DNA of 26,082 nucleotides, taken from Deinococcales bacterium (GTDB taxonomy: Bacteria; Deinococcota; Deinococci; Deinococcales; JAAFIG01). The position numbers were made by a program, and so were the translations under genes. The DNA lies in assembly GCA_031388325.1 (NCBI GenBank), contig JANNEE010000456.1, positions 1 through 26,082 of the forward strand, given 5' to 3'. The notes beneath the pieces were generated by a model. The model searched no databases and was not told the DNA's origin. It saw only the letters and a list, made by a program, of their open reading frames with translations. Shown one piece after another: positions 1-8,865 of this stretch. Numbering within the stretch: position 1 is the stretch's first letter; each line of letters opens with the position of its first letter.

Positions 1-2
1 TG

Positions 3-443
3 GATTTTGTGATTCCTCATTACTGCACAGGTACAGTGATTATCGCTTTGGTTGGCAAAGCACTTGACCCAGAAGGGTTGCGTGGCAAAGTCGTTTCTGC
101 CTCAACAAGCTCTAGCTTTGCCGAGTATGGGCGTAAAATCCCTGGAATTAAACAAGTCAAGACCTTTGCGACCGAATTAGAAGCCTTCAAAGCCATGCAG
201 TCTGGTAAAACCGATGCCTACATCACTGACCGTTTAGCTGCTTTAGCCTTTGCCAAAAAGTACCCTACGCCTCGAGTCAACCTCTCGCCGCTTTTAACCG
301 AAGATAGAATTGCCATGGCAGTCAAAAAAGGCAATCCTGAACTTCTTAAATTGCTCAGTGATTCGGTAGAAGCGATGAAAAAAGATGGTTCAATTAACCG
401 CCTTGCCAGCCGTTACTTCTCGGGCAATGTGGTTTGCGATTAA
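3..443 (+). CDS. Polar amino-acid ABC transporter substrate-binding protein, C-terminal part (5' truncated by window edge)
   Basis: Frame is open from base 3 (DFVIPHYCTGTVII...). Motifs 'LEAFKAMQSGKTDAYITD' and 'IAMAVKKGNPELLKLLSDSVEAMKKDGSINRLASRYF' match the SBP_bac_3 family. Confidence 0.85.
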   Translation, partial: DFVIPHYCTGTVIIALVGKALDPEGLRGKVVSASTSSSFAEYGRKIPGIKQVKTFATELEAFKAMQSGKTDAYITDRLAALAFAKKYPTPRVNLSPLLTEDRIAMAVKKGNPELLKLLSDSVEAMKKDGSINRLASRYFSGNVVCD

Positions 444-446
444 AAA

Positions 447-484
447 TAAAAGTGCTTCCCAAAGACGAAAGGGAAGCACTTTTT
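447..484. terminator. Bidirectional rho-independent terminator
   Basis: Inverted repeat AAAAGTGCTTCCC / GGGAAGCACTTTT with a 10-nt loop and A/T tracts on both sides, lying between convergent genes. Confidence 0.85.
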
Positions 485-492
485 ATAAAGAT

Positions 493-822
493 TTAACTCA
501 GTTTAGAGATGTCGGTGGGTTCTTGGGTGGCAATGTGTCCATCTATTTTCTCGACCAATTGACGCATGGCTTCTTGAATGCCAGCCGCGACTTCTCGAGC
601 CAGGCGAATATCATGCCCCGTGTTTAATTCGGCAACATTGACTTGGAATTGCTCATCAGCCGCCGTGATTTCAAAACCAAAGCAGGGCAACAAACCAGCC
701 GCAACAGCTTGGGCGTTGTTCATATCGGTTGCCATTGCCATCATTGTGCCTTGTTGTAAGGATTTAAGCGGGTTCGTTTGAGTAGGTTGAGACATACGCT
801 TCACAAAATACCGCAAAACCAT
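493..822 (-). CDS. Hypothetical protein (alternative start ATG at 795)
   Basis: 109-codon ORF filling the gap between the toxin gene and the terminator; no recognisable family motif. Confidence 0.55.
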   Translation of the reverse strand: MVLRYFVKRMSQPTQTNPLKSLQQGTMMAMATDMNNAQAVAAGLLPCFGFEITAADEQFQVNVAELNTGHDIRLAREVAAGIQEAMRQLVEKIDGHIATQEPTDISKLS

Positions 823-833
823 GAGGAAAGGGT

Positions 834-1181
834 TTAACGCAATGGTTTATTGAGTAATGCCCCGCGTTTGGTGCTTTGTTCAATATGGACTATCTCGAGA
901 CTATGATTTAATTTACGGTAGTACATGCGGTATGGGCGTTCACCAAAAGAAAAAATATGCGAATGGCGCGGATTTGGTACTGCCAGACCAAGGCTGGGGT
1001 CAGAGACCAAATCTTCAATCACATTGATTAAACGCTGTACCGTTCGGTCTGCCGCATCTATTGAATGCTGCTCGAGGGCATCATAAATTTCTTCAAGGTC
1101 TTGGCGGGCGCGGTCTGCCCATTCAATCCGCAATGAAACACGTTCGCTCGGAATAATTGGGATGTCGGCTTCTTGGGTCAT
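834..1181 (-). CDS. Type II toxin, RelE/ParE family
   Basis: 'RIEWADRARQDLEEIYDAL...AADRTVQRLINVIEDL..P.LG' and 'PYRMYYR...LEIVHI' follow the RelE/ParE pattern. Start overlaps the upstream gene's stop (ATGA). Confidence 0.85.
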   Translation of the reverse strand: MTQEADIPIIPSERVSLRIEWADRARQDLEEIYDALEQHSIDAADRTVQRLINVIEDLVSDPSLGLAVPNPRHSHIFSFGERPYRMYYRKLNHSLEIVHIEQSTKRGALLNKPLR

Positions 1182-1369
1182 GAAAAAGTCTTCTTTCGGA
1201 AATGATTACGAAGTTTTTCGGTGTTCCACACCCGTTGATTCTCGAGGTCTAGTACGCCCTCATCAATGCGTTCAAAGGTTTGGATGGCTCGCTTAAAATC
1301 ATGCCAATTGGCTTCTTCGGGCATTTGCTCGAGAATGGCGAGAAGTTCAGTCTGCACAATTGCCTTCAT
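1178..1369 (-). CDS. Putative cognate antitoxin (about 63 aa)
   Basis: 'LAILEQMPEEANWHDF...FERIDEGVLDLENQRV' resembles short antitoxins found upstream of ParE toxins. Start placed at ATG 1369, 7 nt after a TAGAAT box. Confidence 0.7.
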   Translation of the reverse strand: MKAIVQTELLAILEQMPEEANWHDFKRAIQTFERIDEGVLDLENQRVWNTEKLRNHFRKKTFS

Positions 1370-1445
1370 GACCCTCATTCTACCCAAAAAACCTATTCGT
1401 GTGTAGTTTTTCAAAGGTTGTTAGATAACCCATTCTTGGTTGAGC

Positions 1446-2429
1446 TTACCAATTGCCATGAACATGTTCACGAATCAAGTCATCATAAATACTCTGGACG
1501 GCTTGCATGGTGCTTGGTGTCAGGGCTGCTAAATCGGCGGCGGCAAAGTTCTGTTCGGCTTGCCCTGCATTTTTTGCCCCCGGAATACAACAAGTGACTT
1601 GTGGAAACATCCCAATCCAACGCAAGGCAAATTGGGTTAGGCTCGAGCCACTCGGCACAAGTGGGCGCAAACGCTCAACTGCCTCGAGTCCAACATTGTA
1701 CGGTACACCAGAAAAAGTTTCGCCTTTGTCAAAAGCTTCGCCGTTGCGGTTAAAGGCTCGGTGGTCATCAGTTGCAAAACTCGAGCCAGCACTCATTTTA
1801 CCGGTCAGTAAACCACTGGCAAGCGGCACTCGAGCCAGAATCCCAACTTGTTTTTCGGCGGCTTCTGCAAAGAACAAATCAGTAGGTTTTAAGCGAAACA
1901 TATTAAAAATAATTTGCACACTCTGCACTCCAGAATACTGGATGCCTAGCATGGCTTCCTCGACGGTTTCTACCGAAATCCCATAATGGCGAATCATGCC
2001 GTCTTTTTTCATGTCCTCGAGAATGCCAAAAACCGTGTCTGAGCGGTATAAATCTGTCGGTGGGCAGTGCAGTTGTAGTAAATCTATGGTTTGGAGTTTA
2101 AGGTTATCTAAACTGTCTTTGACCCAAGCGTGTAGGTTTTCTTTGCTGTAGCCGTCTACGGTTTGCTTAGGCAGTCTGCGCCCTGCTTTGGTGGCAACAA
2201 AAAATGGCTCAGAGCGTTCGGAACGCAACTTGGCAATTAAACGCTCGGAGCGCCCATCGCCGTAGACATCGGCGGTATCAATAAAATTGACCCCCAAATC
2301 AATGGCTCTGTGAAGCGCCCCAAGGCTGTCCTCGTCACGCACTTCACCCCAAGTTCCACCGATTGCCCAAGCCCCAAAACTGATGGTTGAAATGTTAAAA
2401 CCTGTACGACCTAATAAGCGATATTCCAT
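1446..2429 (-). CDS. Aldo/keto reductase
   Basis: 'FIDTADVYGDGRSE' (catalytic Asp/Tyr), 'VATKAG' (Lys), 'IDLLQLH', 'ARVPLASGLLTGK', 'IPGAKN'. Confidence 0.95.
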   Translation of the reverse strand: MEYRLLGRTGFNISTISFGAWAIGGTWGEVRDEDSLGALHRAIDLGVNFIDTADVYGDGRSERLIAKLRSERSEPFFVATKAGRRLPKQTVDGYSKENLHAWVKDSLDNLKLQTIDLLQLHCPPTDLYRSDTVFGILEDMKKDGMIRHYGISVETVEEAMLGIQYSGVQSVQIIFNMFRLKPTDLFFAEAAEKQVGILARVPLASGLLTGKMSAGSSFATDDHRAFNRNGEAFDKGETFSGVPYNVGLEAVERLRPLVPSGSSLTQFALRWIGMFPQVTCCIPGAKNAGQAEQNFAAADLAALTPSTMQAVQSIYDDLIREHVHGNW

Positions 2430-2534
2430 AAGGTTATTCTACCTCGAGATAAGCGGGTCTGTGTCAGCAGAACGCAGGCTGTCTATATCAGCTTCTGTGG
2501 TTTTCTCAGGTGCAAATGTTAGCATTCTAATTGT

Positions 2535-3608
2535 ATGCAAACGATTCAACTGACCCGTGGTGTTCCCGCCGATGAATCCTATCCGCTCGAGTTGGTACGC
2601 GAATGCGCTGCCGCCGTAATGCAAGACCCGAAACTGGCACTCGAGGCAATGCGGTACGGTACGGGCTATGGTTTTACACCGCTTCGTGAACTTTTAGCCG
2701 TTCAAAACGGAGTCGGTCCCGACCAAGTGCTGATTGGCAATGGCAGTTTATCGTTTGTGGATTTACTGGGTTTGATTCTGCCCACTGGTGCAACCGTACT
2801 GGTTGAATCGCCAACCTATGACCGTACCCTTACGCTCTTAAAACGCCACGGGGTCAACATTGTTTCTGTCCCACTCGAGAATGACGGGGTAAACCTTGAT
2901 GCCTTCAAAAAAGCCGTGGAAGCCCATAAGCCAAGTCTGGTGTATTTAATTGCCGACTTTCAAAACCCAAGTGGGGCAACCATGAGCCTAGAAAAACGCC
3001 AAGCGGTGCTGGACTTAGCCCAAACCCATGATTTTATGATTCTCGAGGATGCGCCGTACCGCCCCTTGCGCTATAAGGGCATCAATATCCCCAGTTTATT
3101 TGAATTAAACCCGACTCGAGTCATGCAGATGAGTTCATACACCAAACAAATTTCGCCCGGAGTGCGGGTTGGTACATTGGTTGGCGATAAAATTTGGCTA
3201 GCAAAACTTGCCAAAGCCGCCAACGACACCTATATTTCTGGGGCATTCTTAGGGCAAGCCACGGTTTTTGAATTTCTCAGGCGCGGTCATTTAGAACCAC
3301 AACTCGAGCGCTTACGTGCCTTATACGCCCCACGTTTAGATCAAATGGCAAATGCACTTAGAGCCAATGGTCTGACCGATTTTTATGAACCTGAAGGTGG
3401 TTTTTTCTTATCTATTCGTTTGCCAAGCGGCTCGAGCATCAGCGATGTTTTAGCCAAAGCTACAGGTGCGGGCTTAGCACTGACCGACGGACGAGGTTTT
3501 TTTGTCAATCCAGAAGATGGCAATAACTTCTTGCGTTTGCCATTTTGCGCCCTGAGCTTTGAAGAAATAGACCAAGGCATGAAACGCTTGGCGAATGTAC
3601 TTGCTTAA
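2535..3608 (+). CDS. PLP-dependent aminotransferase class I/II (LysN/2-aminoadipate transaminase-like)
   Basis: 'VESPTY', 'DFQNPSG', 'ILEDAPY', 'SSYTKQISPGVRVG' (PLP lysine). Confidence 0.9.
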   Translation: MQTIQLTRGVPADESYPLELVRECAAAVMQDPKLALEAMRYGTGYGFTPLRELLAVQNGVGPDQVLIGNGSLSFVDLLGLILPTGATVLVESPTYDRTLTLLKRHGVNIVSVPLENDGVNLDAFKKAVEAHKPSLVYLIADFQNPSGATMSLEKRQAVLDLAQTHDFMILEDAPYRPLRYKGINIPSLFELNPTRVMQMSSYTKQISPGVRVGTLVGDKIWLAKLAKAANDTYISGAFLGQATVFEFLRRGHLEPQLERLRALYAPRLDQMANALRANGLTDFYEPEGGFFLSIRLPSGSSISDVLAKATGAGLALTDGRGFFVNPEDGNNFLRLPFCALSFEEIDQGMKRLANVLA

Positions 3609-3661
3609 ACCTTGGACATTTGGCGCATGACTTATTCGGCAACAAGGTTAGAATACAAGGC

Positions 3662-4126
3662 GTGACGGAAGTCAAACCTCAAACAGTAGAAAAATTCTTT
3701 GGCGAATATGGCTGGAGCTTTGAAACCATTGGTGATGGTGTCTGGCGCACAGGTTTTAAGGGCGAAAATGGTTTTTTTACCATTTACATGCGCCTGACCG
3801 AGGCGTGGTTGTACATGACAATCTCGCCATTTGTGCCAGCCCCTGAACTCGAGAAAACCCGAGTGCATACCATGGAAGCAATGCTGCATTTTAACCGTGA
3901 AATGAACCTAGCGAAGTTTGTCCTCGACGAAGACGAAGACGTGACCTTAACCGTAGAATTACCAGTTTCGGCACTGCGTTACGAGGTTTTTGCCGAAGGG
4001 CTGACCGCACTGGCTTATTATGCCGATGATATTTACCTTGATATGCTCGAGTTATCCGAAGATGTCAATGCCGTCTCGAGGTTCAGAAGTCTAAGTGGTA
4101 AGACCAGTAAACCAATGGTGGCATGA
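3662..4126 (+). CDS. YbjN domain (type III chaperone-like fold) protein
   Basis: '[27 protein letters not shown]' pattern. GTG at 3662 chosen as start because TAGAAT lies 7 nt upstream. Confidence 0.7.
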   Translation: MTEVKPQTVEKFFGEYGWSFETIGDGVWRTGFKGENGFFTIYMRLTEAWLYMTISPFVPAPELEKTRVHTMEAMLHFNREMNLAKFVLDEDEDVTLTVELPVSALRYEVFAEGLTALAYYADDIYLDMLELSEDVNAVSRFRSLSGKTSKPMVA

Positions 4127-4995
4127 TGCTCCCACTCAACATTCTCTCCATTCAAAGCTGGGTTGCCTATGGTCATGCGGGCAATGCAGCCGCAGTTTTT
4201 CCGTTGCAACGCCTCGGTTTTGAAGTCTGGGCAATCCATACCGTGCAGTTCAGTAATCACACGGGGTATGGCGCGTGGACGGGGCAAGTGTTTCCAAGTG
4301 AGCAAACCCAAGCCTTGGTTCAGGGCATCGCAGACCGTGGAGTCTTGCCAGATTGCGCGGCGGTGCTTTCTGGGTATATGGGAGCGCCAGATACCGCTAG
4401 TGCAATTATCAAAGCGGTACAAAAAGTTCGTGCCGCCAATCCCAAAGCCCTTTTTTGCTGCGATCCAGTCATGGGCGATGTTGGACGCGGTGTCTTTGTC
4501 CGCCCTGAATTACCAGATTTAATCCGTGAAAATGTTGTCCCCCAAGCCGATATTCTTACGCCGAATCAATTTGAACTCGAGTTATTGACTGGGCAAAAAA
4601 TCCAGACACTCGAGGAGGCGGTTTTTGCAGCCCAAACCCTGCGTTCAAAAATGCCCGAAAATGCAATTGTGCTGGTCACAAGTTTGGAGCGTTTAGAAGA
4701 AAGCATCGAAGTGCTGGTAGTTTCAAGTGATGGTGCATGGTTGCTCGAGACTCCAAAAATCCCGCTTGACCCACCACGCAACGGCACGGGCGATTGTATT
4801 GCGGCGCTTTTTTTAGGGCATTACTTGAAAACAAAAAATGTCAAAACTGCCCTCGAGAAGGCTGGCAGTGCGCTTTATCATTTACTTCTATTAACCCACA
4901 CTTTGGGGACTCGAGAAATTCAACTGATTGCGGCGCAAGACGAATTTGTGCAACCCTCAAAAACATTTGAGGCTACCCGAGTGTCTTTGTCATAA
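4123..4995 (+). CDS. pdxY: Pyridoxal kinase
   Basis: '[26 protein letters not shown]', '[11 protein letters not shown]', 'CDPVMGD', 'TPNQFELE', 'GTGD'. Confidence 0.93.
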   Translation: MMLPLNILSIQSWVAYGHAGNAAAVFPLQRLGFEVWAIHTVQFSNHTGYGAWTGQVFPSEQTQALVQGIADRGVLPDCAAVLSGYMGAPDTASAIIKAVQKVRAANPKALFCCDPVMGDVGRGVFVRPELPDLIRENVVPQADILTPNQFELELLTGQKIQTLEEAVFAAQTLRSKMPENAIVLVTSLERLEESIEVLVVSSDGAWLLETPKIPLDPPRNGTGDCIAALFLGHYLKTKNVKTALEKAGSALYHLLLLTHTLGTREIQLIAAQDEFVQPSKTFEATRVSLS

Positions 4996-5428
4996 AAACA
5001 CTGTTGGGGTCATCGAAGTAATCCGCAAAGGCTTGGCTTTCTATAAATCCAAAACCTTTATAAAGTTCTCGAGCAGGCGCAAAGAACGGCATCGAACCCG
5101 TCTCCAAACTGAGTTTGGTGTACTTGCGCCGCGTGGCTTCTTCTATTAAATGACCAAGCATTTTAGCCGCCACGCCTTTTCTTCGGTGGGTCAGGGTAGT
5201 TCGCATAGACTTAATTTCGCCATGTGTACTGCTTAGTTCTTTTAGCGCTCCACAACCTGCTAACCCATCATCCCAGATTGTCCAAAACGTAATTTCGGGT
5301 TGGCGTAAACCATTTAGGTCAAGCGCATGTTTACTTTCGGGTGGCGAAATGCGGCGCATATCGGCAACATGTTCCTCGAGCAGTGCTGCAATTTCTGTAC
5401 CATGTAAATCATCAATTCTAATTTCCAT
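4973..5428 (-). CDS. GNAT N-acetyltransferase (YedL-like)
   Basis: '[26 protein letters not shown]', 'GCGALKEL', 'EIKSMRT...RRKGVA', 'LSLETG'; GAGG RBS upstream. Confidence 0.9.
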   Translation of the reverse strand: MEIRIDDLHGTEIAALLEEHVADMRRISPPESKHALDLNGLRQPEITFWTIWDDGLAGCGALKELSSTHGEIKSMRTTLTHRRKGVAAKMLGHLIEEATRRKYTKLSLETGSMPFFAPARELYKGFGFIESQAFADYFDDPNSVFMTKTLG

Positions 5429-5435
5429 AAATCCT

Positions 5436-6533
5436 CTAAGCGGCGTATTTCAGAATTTGGAATCTCGAGTTGCGTTGGGCTGCCTTAAAACCTGCGTCCG
5501 AAATATGCCTGATAATTTCTTTTTCGGTGACACGCACACGGTCATGTCCACCAGCTTGTGAAACCACGTTTTCTTCCATCATTGTGCTGCCAAAGTCATT
5601 TGCGCCGTAAAACAAGCCGACTTGTCCAACCTTAAACCCGAGGGTGGGCCAGCTAACTTGGATATTGACGATGTTATCGAGGGCAATTCTCGAGACCGCG
5701 AGGTTTTTGAGGTATTCATGAGCGCTTGCGCCGGGGGCTTTGCCGTGCAGTCGGGTGTGTTCGGTTTGTAATGTCCACATCGCAAAACCACTAAAGCCAT
5801 TGCCGTACTCGAGTAATGCTTTATCTTGTTGAGCGCGAATTTTTAAGAGGTGGTTGACACGGTGCTGCATGGTTTCACCAAAGCCGATTACCATCGTCGA
5901 AATGGTGTACAAGCCGAGGCTCTGGGCAACATTTAAAATTCTAAACCAATCGGCACTGGGAATTCTGGCTGGAGCAGCTTCTAGTCGCACTTCATCCTCG
6001 AGAATTTCACCCCCCGCCCCTGGTAAACCGTCTAAGCCAGCCTCTTTCATTTGGGTAATGATTTCTAGGGCATCCAGACCAGTTATCTTCTCGAGTCCCA
6101 GAATTTCTTCGGGGCTAAAGGCATCAAGTTTAATGCTTGGGTGATGGGTTTTCAAGTACCGTAACATCTCGAGATACCAATCAAATGGCAGGGCGGGATT
6201 GACCCCACCTTGGAGCAGAATCCGAGTTCCGCCGATGGCTTCAAGTTCCGCAACTTTCTCAGAGATTTGTTCAAAACTTAGGGTGTAGGCATCCCCTTGG
6301 CGTGGGGTGCGATAAAACGCACAAAAATTACAACCAACATTGCAAATATTGGTGTAATTGATATTGCGGTCAATCAAATACGTGACGGTATCGCCCAAAG
6401 TGCGTTTCAGGCGTAACTGATGGGCGACACTGGCAAGGTCTGGCAGAGGTGCATCGTACAGTGCCAGCAATTCATGATTCTCGAGACGCAATCCAGTCAG
6501 GGCTTTCTCGAGGGCTTGGTCTGAGGCATTCAT
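5436..6533 (-). CDS. mqnC: Cyclic dehypoxanthinyl futalosine synthase (radical SAM, menaquinone futalosine pathway)
   Basis: 'YLIDRNINYTNICNVGCNFCAFYR' (CX3CX2C), 'LLQGG', 'PGAGGEIL', 'YGANDFGSTMMEENVVSQAG'. Start ATG 6533 lies 6 nt after TACACT. Confidence 0.88.
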   Translation of the reverse strand: MNASDQALEKALTGLRLENHELLALYDAPLPDLASVAHQLRLKRTLGDTVTYLIDRNINYTNICNVGCNFCAFYRTPRQGDAYTLSFEQISEKVAELEAIGGTRILLQGGVNPALPFDWYLEMLRYLKTHHPSIKLDAFSPEEILGLEKITGLDALEIITQMKEAGLDGLPGAGGEILEDEVRLEAAPARIPSADWFRILNVAQSLGLYTISTMVIGFGETMQHRVNHLLKIRAQQDKALLEYGNGFSGFAMWTLQTEHTRLHGKAPGASAHEYLKNLAVSRIALDNIVNIQVSWPTLGFKVGQVGLFYGANDFGSTMMEENVVSQAGGHDRVRVTEKEIIRHISDAGFKAAQRNSRFQILKYAA

Positions 6534-6568
6534 AGACTTAGTGTAATCCTGCACAAGTGGTCAAGATG

Positions 6569-6625
6569 TACCGTACTCGCAACGGGTCATGCTATACCGT
6601 ACTCGCAACGGGTCATGCTATACCG
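6569..6625. repeat. 26-bp perfect tandem duplication (2 copies plus 5 bp)
   Basis: TACCGTACTCGCAACGGGTCATGCTA at 6569-6594 and 6595-6620, followed by TACCG. Confidence 0.95.
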
Positions 6626-6650
6626 ACCATAAAAAGTGTAGACTGCATCT

Positions 6651-6797
6651 GTTTGGTTCTCGAGGTGCGTAATCTCGAGATGAAAATGGGGAAGCTGGTG
6701 CAATTCCAGCGCTGTTCCGCAACGGTAATTGACTGAAGATAGTAATTGACTGGTCATAAGCCCGAATGCCTGCCAAGCTCTGAACCTACGGGGTTCA
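6651..6797 (+). ncRNA. Cobalamin (B12) riboswitch
   Basis: Conserved core GGGAAG-CTGGTG-CAATTCCAGC-GCTGTTCCGCAAC-GGTAA and B12-box AGCCCGAATGCCTGCC. Downstream hairpin TGAACC-TACGG-GGTTCA has a loop (CGG) complementary to the CCG loop of GTT-CCGC-AAC (kissing loop). It sits upstream of btuF/btuC-like genes. Confidence 0.92.
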
Positions 6798-6915
6798 CCT
6801 CTCGAGAGAAAGGGGGCGTTTTTTATGGTAATTGGGGTTTTATAGGTTTGGAATAGCGTTCTGGTGTTTCCAGTGCGTTTTTTATTGCTTTTCGCCTTCG
6901 CCGTCAGAGGTTTTT

Positions 6916-7788
6916 ATGTTGAAGAAATTAGTTGTTTTCCTTGTGGTTTGCTTGTTCTCGTCTGCTCTTGCCAGTTCCTACCCACTTAGCATCACCGATG
7001 ATTTGGGGCGCAGCATCACCTTAAAATCCGAACCAAAACGAATTATTGCGATGCTGCCCAGTCACACCGAAACGATATTTGCACTTGGGGCTGGGGCAAA
7101 ACTCGTAGGCATAGACGAGTACAGCAATTATCCAAAACTCGAGACCAGTAAAATCCAAAAAGTTGGCAATAGTTTTGTGCCGAATCTCGAGGCAATTGCG
7201 GCACTCAAACCCGATTTGGTCTTAGCCGACGAAAGCACCAGTTCTAAATTGGTCCAGAATCTCGAGAAGCTAGGGATTACGGTGTACGGGGCTTCGGCAC
7301 AAACCTACCTCGAGACCTTTGAGAAAATCGCGGTGCTTGGGCGTTTGATCAATCGTGAAGCCAATTCTTTGCGTCTAATTACGGGTATGCGAAGCGAAAT
7401 CAACAGCATTACCGCAAAAATAGCCGGTCGTCCAAGGGTCAGTGCGTACTTTGAAGTTGACCCAACCCCATACGCCGCAGGACCAAGCAGTTTTATTGGC
7501 GAGATGCTGTCTCGAGCCGGTGGGATTAACATTTTGCCAGCTACACTTGGGGCATTTCCAAAAATTAGTCCAGAATTGGTGGTCAGCAGCAACCCCAGTG
7601 TGATTATTGGCGCAAAGCTCGAGGATTTGCTGCTTCGTCCGGGTTGGGCAACTATCGCGGCGGTTAAAAATAACCGTGTTTACCGCGCAACCTCTGAGGA
7701 AAACGATGCGATTGTTCGCCCAGGTCCACGTTTACCTGTGGCGCTCAAAATCCTTGTGCGTTTTTTACATCCAGACATCAAGTTCTAA
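6916..7788 (+). CDS. btuF: Cobalamin ABC transporter substrate-binding protein (BtuF-like)
   Basis: Signal peptide, 'ITDDLGRSITLKSEPKRII', 'PNLEAIAALKPDLVL', 'RPGPRL'. GAGG RBS before ATG 6916; under the B12 riboswitch. Confidence 0.88.
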   Translation: MLKKLVVFLVVCLFSSALASSYPLSITDDLGRSITLKSEPKRIIAMLPSHTETIFALGAGAKLVGIDEYSNYPKLETSKIQKVGNSFVPNLEAIAALKPDLVLADESTSSKLVQNLEKLGITVYGASAQTYLETFEKIAVLGRLINREANSLRLITGMRSEINSITAKIAGRPRVSAYFEVDPTPYAAGPSSFIGEMLSRAGGINILPATLGAFPKISPELVVSSNPSVIIGAKLEDLLLRPGWATIAAVKNNRVYRATSEENDAIVRPGPRLPVALKILVRFLHPDIKF

Positions 7789-8823
7789 ATGAATCACCGC
7801 CCGAGCCTGATTTTTATGGCTGCTTTTGGCTTGCTGCTGCTGGCTGTCTTGTTGGCTGTTTCTAATGGCACACTCGAGATTACCCCAAGCCAGACATGGA
7901 ATGCCATTCAAAAAGGCTTAAGCGGACAGTCACTCGAGGGTTTAGAAGCCATCGTCTGGAATTTACGGCTGCCCCGAGTGGTTTTTGCAATTCTGGTCGG
8001 GGCAGCCCTCGCCGCCAGTGGGGTCGCCATGCAGGGCGTGTTTCAAAATCCATTAGCCGACCCATACCTTGTGGGTGTGGCAAGTGGTGCAGCTTTTGGA
8101 GCGACAGTCGCCATTTTTTTGACCTCGAGTGCTGCCCCCGCCTTTGCTCCTGCGCTTTTTTCGGCAAGGGCGGCGGGCAGTGGGCTAGTGCCAATCTTTG
8201 CTTTTTTTGGGGCAATGTTGGCTGTGACCTTAACCATTTTATTGTCTGGTACAGCCCGAGGTAGCCGTAATGCTTTAATTTTATCGGGCGTGGTGATTGG
8301 CAGCATGATTACTGCCATCACCACTTATATTCAACTTTTTGATGCCGATAGGTTACGCGCCGTGTTTTCTTGGACATTGGGCAATCTGGCATTGGCGGGT
8401 TGGTCTGAAGTGTTGGTGGTGTTGCCAATTGCCTTGTTGGGGCTAGGGCTGCTGCTGCTCTTGGCTAAGCCTTTAGATGCCCTGCAACTCGGTGATGACA
8501 CGGCGCAAACCCTTGGCATTCGGGTCTTGTGGCTTAAAATTGCAGTAATTATTGCGGCTAGTTTAATGACGGCAGCAGCCGTCAGTTTTGCTGGAATTAT
8601 TGGTTTTGTCGGTTTGGTCGCGCCGCACATTATGCGCCGTTTGTGTGGTGCAGCCCACCGCCCGTTAATTATTGCTTCGGCACTGGCTGGCTCGAGTTTA
8701 TTGTTGCTTTCGGATTTAGGGGCAAGAACCTTGATTCGTCCCCAAGAATTACCAGTAGGGATTGTCACAACCCTGCTAGGAGGACCTTTTTTCTTGTGGC
8801 TGATGCGAAAAGGAGGCTTATGA
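7789..8823 (+). CDS. btuC: Cobalamin ABC transporter permease (FecCD/BtuC family)
   Basis: 'NLRLPRVV', 'QGVFQNPLADPYLVGVASGA', 'LGDDTAQTLG', 'GIIGFVGLVAPH', 'ELPVGIVTTLLGGPFFLWL'. Confidence 0.92.
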   Translation: MNHRPSLIFMAAFGLLLLAVLLAVSNGTLEITPSQTWNAIQKGLSGQSLEGLEAIVWNLRLPRVVFAILVGAALAASGVAMQGVFQNPLADPYLVGVASGAAFGATVAIFLTSSAAPAFAPALFSARAAGSGLVPIFAFFGAMLAVTLTILLSGTARGSRNALILSGVVIGSMITAITTYIQLFDADRLRAVFSWTLGNLALAGWSEVLVVLPIALLGLGLLLLLAKPLDALQLGDDTAQTLGIRVLWLKIAVIIAASLMTAAAVSFAGIIGFVGLVAPHIMRRLCGAAHRPLIIASALAGSSLLLLSDLGARTLIRPQELPVGIVTTLLGGPFFLWLMRKGGL

Positions 8824-8864
8824 CATTCAAAGTTAAGACTGTTCGCTTTGGGTACAGAAAATAA
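8820..8864 (+). pseudogene. 14-codon stub, probable remnant of the ABC ATPase gene (btuD-like)
   Basis: GGAGG RBS and ATGA coupling to btu[15 protein letters not shown] resembles the first beta-strand and 'FGY' of FecE/BtuD ATPases. No B12 ATPase gene is present in the locus. Confidence 0.5.
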
Positions 8865-8865
8865 T

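Noticed and set aside
4973-4995. 23-bp 3' overlap of convergent pdxY and GNAT genes
   Set aside because: Short convergent overlaps are common in compact genomes, and nothing suggests antisense regulation.
6569-6625. Tandem 26-bp repeats as a mini-CRISPR array
   Set aside because: The copies are directly adjacent with no spacer, there are only two, and no cas genes are present.
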